A stretch of 62,361 bases of DNA, counting the filler. It is 4 parts of 4 records of this genome, joined end to end, with 100 filler letters (N's around TTAATTAATTAA, not from the genome) between each part and the next. Parts side by side here need not be neighbours in the genome. Positions count along the whole stretch, not along the records: positions 39,044 to 56,833 come from SRR20825019_3014; positions 56,934 to 62,361 come from SRR20825019_3024; 2 more parts are not named here. One strand, given 5' to 3'. A model generated the notes under the pieces. It saw nothing but the letters and a program-made list of their open reading frames with translations. It had not been told where the DNA came from and searched no databases. Position 1 is the first letter of the stretch. The number at the start of each line of letters is the position of its first letter. Positions 52,719 through 61,073 of this stretch are shown here, piece by piece. Position numbers and translations under genes: made by a program.

Positions 52719-53325
52719 TACATGGCGGGGCCGGTTCGGCGATGCCTATGCCGAACGTAACTCCGCAACCGCCGAACGTGTGCGCGACTACACTCGCGCG
52801 TACGCGAAAATGTGGGAGTGCATGGCCGCCGACCCGCCATCGACCATTCTGGAATGTGGCTGCAATGTCGGTATCGCCCTGCGGGCACTGTCGAACATCA
52901 CCTCCGCTGAACTCCATGCGATCGAGCCGAATGCAAAGGCCCGTGCCAAAGCGATCGCAGCGGGCGTAACAGCCAAAGGCAATATCGTCGAAGGCTGGCT
53001 ACAAGCGATCCCGTTTCCAGACCGTCATTTCGACATGGCATTTACATCTGGCGTCCTTATCCATGTGGAACCGGATTCTCTGGATACGGCCCTTTCAGAA
53101 CTTGGACGTGTTGCAAACAAGTACGTGTTGATGACGGAATATTATTCCAAACACCTTCAGGAGATTGAGTATCGCGGCCAGAACGAGATGCTTTGGAAAG
53201 CGGACTACGGTGAGCTTTTCATGGAAAAAAACCCGGGTTGGCGTCCCGTTGAAGCCGGGTTCTTTTGGGATAAACTGACCGGGTTTGGTGATTCAAACTG
53301 GTGGGTTTTCAAGCGCGAAGAATAG
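52687..53325 (+). CDS. Pseudaminic acid biosynthesis-associated methylase
   Basis: WRGRFGDAYAERN, LECGCNVG, FTSGVLIH, EYY, YRG, LWKADYG; GTG 52687 with an AGGAG RBS. Confidence 0.85.
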   Translation: MDEKTITAQLDTWRGRFGDAYAERNSATAERVRDYTRAYAKMWECMAADPPSTILECGCNVGIALRALSNITSAELHAIEPNAKARAKAIAAGVTAKGNIVEGWLQAIPFPDRHFDMAFTSGVLIHVEPDSLDTALSELGRVANKYVLMTEYYSKHLQEIEYRGQNEMLWKADYGELFMEKNPGWRPVEAGFFWDKLTGFGDSNWWVFKREE

Positions 53326-53337
53326 CTGGGCTGTATA

Positions 53338-55314
53338 TTGATGGCACCGGCAACAGGCACGGAAAACCAGGCAACCAGCAATCTCGAGCAACTGTTCACT
53401 GAAGCAATTGCACAGCACGAAGCCGGGCGCCTGGATATAGCGCGACCAATCTATGAAAAGCTACGATCGGCCGTTGGACCCAACCCGGACATATTGCATC
53501 TTCTGGGGACGCTTTATTTCCAGCAAGGCTCATCGAACAGAGGTGCTCGCCTTATCCGGCAGGCAATTATTCTGCGGCCCGATCCAGCATCTTACTATGA
53601 TCATTTAGGCAGTGCGGCTCGCGCATCGGGAAGTCCAAACCTTGCAACCTCGGCCTATCGGCGCGCATGTATTCTTAATCCCTCTTCCGGTACGGCATTC
53701 CTGAATTCCGCTATCGTCGCTCTTGAGACGGGGCATCTGGAGATCGCACTTATTAATGCGGAGCAATCAGTCCGCCTCATGCCCGACAATGCCGAAGCGT
53801 GGTTGAGATTCGGTTGTGCCCTGTACACGAGTGGCAAGCTCGAAGATGCCGCCTCAGCCCTGGCGCAGGCTCGTGACCGCTCCCCCGGCGCTGTCGAGCC
53901 TTATTTTCACCTGCATGCCACCTACAAATCCCTCAAAGACATTCCCGCAGCCGATCATGCCGCCATGCAAGGCATCCTGCTGGACCCACAGCGACACGAG
54001 ATCTATGCTAACTTTCGGAGCGGTGACATTTCAAACGTCACCAGGTGGGAGAGTGCCTTCCCGAAACGGCTCGCAACTATTCTCCACCCCATTTCGGCAA
54101 GGACATGGAGTCAACTGGCTGCAGAATATTATGCAGACCTGGCCTACCAAGCGTGCGCCGACGCAGCGCGCCGCTCGGTTGTTTTAGCTCCAGAACTCGG
54201 CAGCGCTTATAATTCTCTTGGCACTGTCACCTATCAACTCGGTGCATTCGAAAATTCTATCCGGATATCCCGCAAAGGAATGGTGGTAGAACCCGGTTTC
54301 GCTGATATGGCCTATAATCTCTCTCTTTCCTCTTTTTGCCTGCAGGATGCGGAAACCGGATGGCGCTATTGGCCATACCGGCTTGCAATGAAATCATCTC
54401 CCAAAAGAATTGGACTCCCTTCTCATCGAAGCGAAACCACCACACAACCAGCGCATCTGCTTGTGGCTTCGGAACAGGGGATTGGCGACGACATCCGGTT
54501 TCTGAGCTGCCTCCCGGACCTTCTGAAGGATGCGGACACTGTCACGGTGGAAACCGATGTGAGGCTGCACAGTTTCCTGAAACGTACTTTCCCGAACATC
54601 AAATTCATCGACAAGCAGGTTCGCCCAGGCCCGCATGGAGAAACTACATACGACTACCGCAAGGTCGTGCAGGAGCACGGGTTCACACACTATCTTTATA
54701 GTGGCGACCTGCCCGCGCTCTATCGCACACAGCCTCTCAGCCAGCCTGCCCGGCCCGGTTATCTAAAAATGGATGGGTCTGCCAAAGCTGAATGGCAAAG
54801 CCGCCTCAGCAAGCTAGGCAGCGCACCTTACTTAGGCATCTGCTGGCGCAGCGGCACACTGATAACCACGCACCGTTCAATCCACTACAACACGCTCGAT
54901 GAGCTGATCCGGGAAATTCCGGCGGATGCCTTCACGCTGATAAACCTGCAGAACGGTGATGCGCGCGAGGAAATCGAATCTGTTCGTGCTGAATATGGCG
55001 TGACCATTCATGACTTCCCCGACCTGGACCAGACAAAAGAACTCGACCAGGTCGCAGCTCTGATATCCTGTCTGGATCTTGTTCTAACGCCATCAACGGC
55101 AGTGCTCGCGCTCTCTTGTTCGGCCGGTGCGCCGTCCATCGGATTGGGTAAAGCATATTTCTATTTCGGCGACGGCTGGGACCCGCTATTCCCGAACCAC
55201 TACCCCATCATGAGGCCTTCGGATCCGACATATATTCCTGACCGCCCGCAACGGGTCGGTGAAGCAGTCCGTTACTTCCTCGAACACGGAAAATTGCCGA
55301 TCAGGAAACCTTGA
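53338..55314 (+). CDS. TPR + GT-B glycosyltransferase (FlmG/FlbA-like)
   Basis: N-terminal TPRs; LVASEQGIGDDIRF, GICWRSG, INLQNGD, DLVLTPSTAV. Confidence 0.75.
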   Translation: MMAPATGTENQATSNLEQLFTEAIAQHEAGRLDIARPIYEKLRSAVGPNPDILHLLGTLYFQQGSSNRGARLIRQAIILRPDPASYYDHLGSAARASGSPNLATSAYRRACILNPSSGTAFLNSAIVALETGHLEIALINAEQSVRLMPDNAEAWLRFGCALYTSGKLEDAASALAQARDRSPGAVEPYFHLHATYKSLKDIPAADHAAMQGILLDPQRHEIYANFRSGDISNVTRWESAFPKRLATILHPISARTWSQLAAEYYADLAYQACADAARRSVVLAPELGSAYNSLGTVTYQLGAFENSIRISRKGMVVEPGFADMAYNLSLSSFCLQDAETGWRYWPYRLAMKSSPKRIGLPSHRSETTTQPAHLLVASEQGIGDDIRFLSCLPDLLKDADTVTVETDVRLHSFLKRTFPNIKFIDKQVRPGPHGETTYDYRKVVQEHGFTHYLYSGDLPALYRTQPLSQPARPGYLKMDGSAKAEWQSRLSKLGSAPYLGICWRSGTLITTHRSIHYNTLDELIREIPADAFTLINLQNGDAREEIESVRAEYGVTIHDFPDLDQTKELDQVAALISCLDLVLTPSTAVLALSCSAGAPSIGLGKAYFYFGDGWDPLFPNHYPIMRPSDPTYIPDRPQRVGEAVRYFLEHGKLPIRKP

Positions 55315-56374
55315 TCCGGTTCACATGCCCCATCTTGCGGCCCGGGCGGGCTTCCGTCTTGCCATAGAGATGCAGCTTCGCATTCGGCTCGGCCGCAACA
55401 TCCAGCCATTGACCCGCTTCGTCACCGATCAGGTTCTGCATCACAGTCGGGAACAACATGCCCACCGGGCCCAGCGGAAGCCCGGTCACCGCGCGCACGA
55501 ATTGCTCAAACTGGCTGGTCGCACAGCCATCCTGCGTCCAGTGCCCGGAATTATGCGGACGCGGGGCAACTTCGTTCACAAGAACATCGCCTTCTGCAGT
55601 CACGAACATTTCGACAGCCAGAAGCCCGACAAGTTCCAGGCGTTCCGCCAGGGCAACCGCCGTGGCCCGCGCGGCCTTCTCCGTCGCTCCAGAAATTTCC
55701 GCCGGCACGGTGCTTGTGCTCAGGATGTGATCGACATGGTGATTTTCAGCAACCGGGAAGGCCAGCGCCGTTCCGTCTAGCCCACGCACCACGATGACGG
55801 AAACTTCTTTGTCGAAGGAGACGAAACCTTCAAGCACCGCGTCGTCGGTCTTCAACGACTCCCAGGCCGCCGCGAGATCCGTCTCTGCCGTGATCTTGAT
55901 CTGGCCTTTTCCGTCATACCCGAAACGGCATGTCTTGAGCACCGCCGGACGGCCGATTTCCTGTACCGCGTCCCGTAACTGCTCCAGGCCGGTGACATGA
56001 CGATAAGGTGCCGTCTGCGCCCCCGCGTCCCGGGCGAAATCCTTTTCCGCGACCCTGTGCTGCGAAACGGCGAGAACACTCGGTTGCGGACGCACCGGGA
56101 CAAGCTCCGATAGGCGCTGCACGGTGTCGACGGGAATATTCTCGAACTCATAGGTAATGACGTCGACGGACGCCGCGAACTCCGCCAGCGCCTTCTCGTC
56201 TTCATAAGCCGCGACCGTGGTCTTCTCGGCCACCTGCGAGGCAGGACTGTCCTCTTCCGGCGTGAAAATATGACACCGGTAACCAAGCGGGGCCGCCGCC
56301 AGGGCAGTCATGCGGCCAAGCTGACCGCCGCCGATAATCCCGATGACCGAACCGGGAGCCAGAACATCAGTCAT
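55301..56374 (-). CDS. purK: N5-carboxyaminoimidazole ribonucleotide synthase
   Basis: GIIGGGQLGRM, TYEFENIP, GYDGKGQ, NEVAPRPHNSGH, RPGRKMGH. Confidence 0.97.
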   Translation of the reverse strand: MTDVLAPGSVIGIIGGGQLGRMTALAAAPLGYRCHIFTPEEDSPASQVAEKTTVAAYEDEKALAEFAASVDVITYEFENIPVDTVQRLSELVPVRPQPSVLAVSQHRVAEKDFARDAGAQTAPYRHVTGLEQLRDAVQEIGRPAVLKTCRFGYDGKGQIKITAETDLAAAWESLKTDDAVLEGFVSFDKEVSVIVVRGLDGTALAFPVAENHHVDHILSTSTVPAEISGATEKAARATAVALAERLELVGLLAVEMFVTAEGDVLVNEVAPRPHNSGHWTQDGCATSQFEQFVRAVTGLPLGPVGMLFPTVMQNLIGDEAGQWLDVAAEPNAKLHLYGKTEARPGRKMGHVNRIKVS

Positions 56375-56833
56375 CAGGCATCCACCGGAACGTCGCCAAC
56401 CGAATCTGTTTGCGCCTTCCGCCAGGCATCCAGCCGGGCATGCAGATCCTCATCTCCGTTTGCCAGGATCGCGGCAGCAAGCAGCCCTGCATTCTTCGCA
56501 CCGGCCTTGCCTATGGCGAGCGTTCCAACAGGAATCCCTCCCGGCATCTGCGCAATGGAAAGGAGACTGTCCATACCCTTCAGCGCCTTGCTCTCGACCG
56601 GAACCCCCAGCACGGGAAGCGTGGTCTGCGCGGCGACCATGCCCGGCAGATGCGCGGCACCGCCGGCACCGGCAATGATGACCTGAATTCCCCGCTCCCG
56701 CGCCGTCGCGGCATACTCCGCCATGCGGGCCGGTGTCCGGTGTGCGGAGACAATCCGGGTCTCGTGCGGCACGTCGAGAGCGTCAAGAATAAGAGCGGCT
56801 TCCTTCATGGTTTCCCAGTCAGACTGGCTGCCC
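56374..56833 (-). CDS. purE: N5-CAIR mutase (5' truncated)
   Basis: [32 protein letters not shown]. Confidence 0.97.
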
Positions 56834-56933
56834 NNNNNNNNNNNNNNNNNNNNNNNNNNNNNNNNNNNNNNNNNNNNTTAATTAATTAANNNNNNNNNNN
56901 NNNNNNNNNNNNNNNNNNNNNNNNNNNNNNNNN
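56834..56933. other. Artificial contig linker
   Basis: Same N-TTAATTAATTAA-N structure. Confidence 0.98.
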
Positions 56934-57004
56934 CAGAAAGGTGTTCACGGACTCCTCAAGGGCGCCGAGTTCTTCATCGCTAAACAGGATGGTGTCGAGT
57001 TCGC

Positions 57005-57181
57005 TCATGAGTCGGTGGACTCACGCTCTGTCAGGGGCGCTTCGACGCGGTGGGTGCGCTCGGCGATAGCAAGTTCAATCACCGTTCCCATCGGTCGGCG
57101 CTCGATGCGAGCAAGATGGCGAAGAGCTTCGCGGGTCGTTTTGGTAATATAGACAGTAGTTCTATCAGAGTTGTGCGGCAT
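57005..57181 (-). CDS. Small ribbon-helix-helix-like DNA-binding protein
   Basis: 58 aa, MPHNSDRTTVYITKTTREALRHLARIERRPMGTVIELAIAER...; its stop overlaps (ATGA) another ORF, MSELDTILF..., that runs off the contig. Confidence 0.6.
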   Translation of the reverse strand: MPHNSDRTTVYITKTTREALRHLARIERRPMGTVIELAIAERTHRVEAPLTERESTDS

Positions 57182-57362
57182 GACTGTTCCTATATTGAAG
57201 TAATACAGGCAATTATATAGAAATCACTGATAAATATCTAGTAGTAAAATAAAATAGAAAGCGACTTCTGGATGGGGGTCAATATTGGATAATTCTTCTA
57301 AGGCTTCGGTGTTTGTGAAGCAAGTATAGTGTTTTGTCTGAAGTAGTGGTATAAACAGAAAA

Positions 57363-59048
57363 TTATGCTGCGTTCTCTTGCTTTGATAAGATGGTGTTCC
57401 AATCGACGCTATCGAAAACAGCCTTATTCAAAGCCTCTTGGCGAGCTTCGATAGAGAAGCCATGGATGTAGCGGGCGCCGGATGATTTATCAGCATGGCC
57501 CGCGATTGCATCGTTAAGCTCTTTGCTCACACCAGCCAGCGACAGTGCGGTTTTGAGGGTGTGTCGGAACGAGTAGAAATGCTTCTTCTGATCATGGATT
57601 TTTAGTGACGGGAGGTAGGTCCGGTTGAACCATCTCGGGAGGCGATCACTATACTTACCTGACGCCGTTGGGAGCCAATCTGGGAAGAGCCGTTTCTCTC
57701 CCGACTCACGCAAAGCCGAAACTCGGTTCATTAGGCCCAAATCAATTAGGCGCTGGTGCACAGGAACAAGCCTGATGCTCGCGTTGTTTTTCAGGTTTTC
57801 TGCGAAATCAAAAACAAGCACACCACGCTCTTGTCTTATGCGGTCGAGCTGAATCTGAGCAATTTCTGAGGGTCTGGCGCCTGTGTGTAGTGCTACCAGC
57901 AATGCCCACTGCCGTGTTTCCAATAGCGCACCGGATGCAAACAGCGGTGGGCTGAATATTTTGGCGAGGTCTTCTGGACTGAATTGCACCCTTGGAGGGT
58001 CTTTCTGCCCAGCTCCTTCTTCTACCCGAACTCCGGCAGCGGGGTTGTCTGGGATGATGCCGTTGTTTGCCATCCAAGAGAGAATAGCCTTGATGTGAGC
58101 AAGCCATTTGTCGCTGATTGTGCCTGGATTCAGTGTTGGAAAAGGCTTGGCTCGTTTCTCATTTGCATCAATAGCTTCCGGTAATGTCAGGCCTGGAAAC
58201 CGTTTCACATAATTGCTCGGAACACGAAGCAGGGCGCGTTTATAAGCAAGCATATCTTGCCGTGAAATGTCGCATACCGGCTTCAGTTCGCCGAAGAACT
58301 CTTCGAGCATCCGAACCGCAACAGCATGCTCTTTCGCAGTGGCTGGTCGAATGGCTGTCCGCTCCTCATGGAACATGGGAAGCAGCTCGCCCAATGTCTT
58401 ATACGAGTGTTCGCTGAGGACCCGGCCCCGTCCTAGTTCGCTTAAGGTCGGTGGAACAGGAGGCTTCTGGTCAAGCAGGATCGGAAGCGACGGTTCTGGC
58501 AGCATGACTATACCGTTATCGCGCTCGCGTGAACGCGCTAGCGCTTCCAGTTTTACTCCGGCGAGCACCTGTAGCAACTCGCGGCGTTCCGGGGTGCCGT
58601 GGATTGCAGTCGCTTCACCTCTTTCCGCGATCTCGTCAGCGGCCCAACCTAATATTACTTCTGCCTCCTCCTCATCCAGGCGACCCGCAGCCAAGCGACG
58701 CAGAGAAGTCGCCAGTGCGTTGCTGGTCAGTTCGTTAAACTCTCTGATCTGGTTCTCGCCTGCCTGCGCGCGACTATCGTCGTCTCTTTCAAGCTCTCGT
58801 TTGTAGAACTCCCTGACAACCTTCGTCAGTGGAGGCGTCTCGGACGCAAGTTGGTTTTTCGCCTGATCGATTTTTTCGAAAAGATGAGCGACGACTTTAT
58901 GAAGATTGCGCTCGGCAGTCCGCTTATCGGGCCCAAGCGGTTCACGCAGTTCTGTCTTTCCAATGATGCGGCGCAATTCTGGTGGCACTACAACGCGGGC
59001 ATAAAACCGTCCGTCGCGGTTTAAAATGTGCTTGGTTTTCCCCGCCAT
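57363..59048 (-). CDS. Tyrosine recombinase/integrase with DUF6538-like N-terminus
   Basis: RFYARVVVPPEL; catalytic TGARPSEI, KN, YSFRHT, AGH, RY. Confidence 0.92.
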   Translation of the reverse strand: MAGKTKHILNRDGRFYARVVVPPELRRIIGKTELREPLGPDKRTAERNLHKVVAHLFEKIDQAKNQLASETPPLTKVVREFYKRELERDDDSRAQAGENQIREFNELTSNALATSLRRLAAGRLDEEEAEVILGWAADEIAERGEATAIHGTPERRELLQVLAGVKLEALARSRERDNGIVMLPEPSLPILLDQKPPVPPTLSELGRGRVLSEHSYKTLGELLPMFHEERTAIRPATAKEHAVAVRMLEEFFGELKPVCDISRQDMLAYKRALLRVPSNYVKRFPGLTLPEAIDANEKRAKPFPTLNPGTISDKWLAHIKAILSWMANNGIIPDNPAAGVRVEEGAGQKDPPRVQFSPEDLAKIFSPPLFASGALLETRQWALLVALHTGARPSEIAQIQLDRIRQERGVLVFDFAENLKNNASIRLVPVHQRLIDLGLMNRVSALRESGEKRLFPDWLPTASGKYSDRLPRWFNRTYLPSLKIHDQKKHFYSFRHTLKTALSLAGVSKELNDAIAGHADKSSGARYIHGFSIEARQEALNKAVFDSVDWNTILSKQENAA

Positions 59049-59065
59049 CGAACATTCCCAGAATC

Positions 59066-59092
59066 CATGTTTTGTAACATGTTCTGTAACAT
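59066..59092 (+). repeat. 12-bp tandem repeat upstream of the integrase (candidate arm site)
   Basis: CATGTTTTGTAA-CATGTTCTGTAA-CAT. Confidence 0.7.
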
Positions 59093-59157
59093 CAAAATGG
59101 GTGAAAATATCAATTATCTCGGTAAGTTATAGGATTTCTGCGGGGTCTTGCGTTGCT

Positions 59158-59184
59158 TGGCGGAGTGTCCCTCTCTCTCCGCCA
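59158..59184 (+). other. att site: tRNA-Ser-like 3' end fragment
   Basis: TCCCTCTCTCTCCGCCA (59168-59184) ending in CCA, preceded by the inverted TGGCGGAG; no full tRNA present. Confidence 0.7.
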
Positions 59185-59244
59185 GTTTCCCTGCTCCCTA
59201 TATAGTGCAGTAATTTCAATGCCTTGAATGGGTCGGGGTGTGCG

Positions 59245-59268
59245 TTGTCCCACACGTTTGTCCCACAC
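59245..59268 (+). repeat. Direct repeat outside the att site
   Basis: TTGTCCCACAC-GT-TTGTCCCACAC. Confidence 0.7.
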
Positions 59269-59384
59269 ATATTGTCATTTTTGGGTCGCCTACGGCGAGT
59301 ATCGCTTGACTATTATTGCAAGCGATGCACGAGTAAGCGCACTGATGTTTTCAGTTCGCACGAGTCTTGTTGGACTAGTCTCCC

Positions 59385-60014
59385 ATGGCTGACCTTGCTC
59401 CGAACCCTGATACGCCGCCCGATTTTCTTGCATGGGGAAAGCTGCTCGTTGATTTCGTTGATGCTGTGGCTTGGCCGGTCGCAGCAACGGTCATCCTGCT
59501 GGTTTTCAAGAGGCAATTGAAGGACCTCATCCCCTTCTTGAAGCGACTCAAGGCTGGCTCCCTTGAGGCGGAGTTCGATTTCGAACGTGGTGTACGCGAA
59601 GCAGCCGAAGTCGTTGAGGAAGACGGCCTTACAGCACCTCTTTCTACCGATACCGAGTATGACGACTGGGTTGTCAGCACAGCCAGAGCTGAACTCCTAC
59701 GAAAGGGGCAGCTCGACCCGCGCTCCGCAGTGCTTGAGGCGTGGATACGAGTGGAGCGTGCCCTTGAGCGGGCGGTGAGTGATAATGCGCTCCATACACG
59801 CAGCAAGTCGCCAACCGCACTCATGAAGCTACTGCTTCAAGAGCAGAAAATTTCTCCAACGGAAGTCGCTGTATTCCATGACTTGCGCTCACTGCGGAAC
59901 GAGGCAGCTCATGCAGATGATTTCTCACCGTCGTTTGAGGCCACAGAGTCGTTTCTAGCGATGGCAGCGCGCCTGGAGTGGGCACTCAATCGAGCTTCCC
60001 GCAACGACCAGTAG
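59385..60014 (+). CDS. Membrane-anchored protein with HEPN-like C-terminal domain
   Basis: TM AVAWPVAATVILLVF; PRSAVLEAW..VE; LRSLRNEAAH (RxxxxH). Confidence 0.75.
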   Translation: MADLAPNPDTPPDFLAWGKLLVDFVDAVAWPVAATVILLVFKRQLKDLIPFLKRLKAGSLEAEFDFERGVREAAEVVEEDGLTAPLSTDTEYDDWVVSTARAELLRKGQLDPRSAVLEAWIRVERALERAVSDNALHTRSKSPTALMKLLLQEQKISPTEVAVFHDLRSLRNEAAHADDFSPSFEATESFLAMAARLEWALNRASRNDQ

Positions 60015-60283
60015 GTCCATCGCAGAGTTGACTTCGATCGACTCGTTGTGAGACGGGCTTCTTCATATGAGTGGATTCGACCTCAGCCATTCAAGTTTAC
60101 TTGCCGAGTTGCGAAGCAGCCTTCTGTGCTGCGAGTTCTCACATTTCCCCCATAGCCCCCTTTGGCCGCAACAATACTCGGTCGAGGCGGTGCAAGCACC
60201 GGGAGGACGTCTTGGTCCCAACGCACCTACAACAGCTCGTATGCGACTTCGACTCGGACAACCGACAGCAGGGGATCGCGGCC

Positions 60284-60880
60284 ATGGCCGTATGGGTCAG
60301 GGACCAACTCGCTAGCTGCATTCACCCAGATGCATCCGTGGTCTCCATCGACGGGCTTGACGGTGTCTGCAAAACAACGATGGGGGAGCAACTCAGCCAC
60401 GTTCTTCAATTCGGTCATGTCGACCTTGATCATCATCTTAGACGCGAACAGGGCATGTTCCTTGAAGCGCTGAACTTCTCTGACCTGAAGAAAGCGATGT
60501 CAGAAGCCGTCACAGATCGTGGAGGAGTGGTTGTCACCGGGTGCCTCATGGACGAGGCGCTCAAGCCCTGTGGGATGCGCTCAGACTACCGCATCTATGC
60601 TGTGCGTACGCGTGCGATGAGCATAGGGCACGGGGAGATCAGTGACTGCGTGCGGGATTATGAGATTCTGTACGGCGAAGAGACGGCCAGCGAGTGCATC
60701 GCAGAGCAAGAGGAGCAGCTACAAAAATTCAGCGCCATCGCAGCCGAACTCGAAGGAATGGACATCGGAGGCGAACTCCCTACGCTCTCCGGCTTAACGC
60801 GTGAACTCATCAACTATCATAAGCGGTCGCGTCCTCATGACGACGCGGATCTGATCGTGAAGGTCAGGGAGTCTCTCTAG
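60284..60880 (+). CDS. P-loop kinase-like protein with atypical Walker A
   Basis: SIDGLDGVCKTT then HVDLD; start uncertain (track start 60071). Confidence 0.55.
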   Translation: MAVWVRDQLASCIHPDASVVSIDGLDGVCKTTMGEQLSHVLQFGHVDLDHHLRREQGMFLEALNFSDLKKAMSEAVTDRGGVVVTGCLMDEALKPCGMRSDYRIYAVRTRAMSIGHGEISDCVRDYEILYGEETASECIAEQEEQLQKFSAIAAELEGMDIGGELPTLSGLTRELINYHKRSRPHDDADLIVKVRESL

Positions 60881-61073
60881 GAATCACGCGGCAACTGTTT
60901 TTCATGAACAACCGGCCTATCTGCAAACGACCGCTTCCAGACATTTCCGAAACGCCAAGTTTTTTTATCTGGTGCATCACACAAGAGTTTGTCCCGATGT
61001 TCGCCCTTGCTGGCCGACCACACGATCTCACCGGAACCCGCCGCCTGATGACCCAGGCGGCGGGTCGCTGCCG

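Larger units (their letters stand above)
56934..59184. mobile_element. End of a tRNA-targeting integrative element
   Basis: Integrase next to a tRNA 3'-end fragment, tandem arm-like repeats, small regulator; AT-rich intergenic region. Confidence 0.75.

Noticed and set aside
30835-56933. Three TTAATTAATTAA palindromes and the apparent bacteria-eukaryote juxtaposition
   Set aside because: These are identical N-flanked artificial linkers, so adjacency across them is not evidence of HGT or of a shared system
59158-59184. Complete tRNA gene
   Set aside because: Only the 3' end is present; no D or anticodon arm
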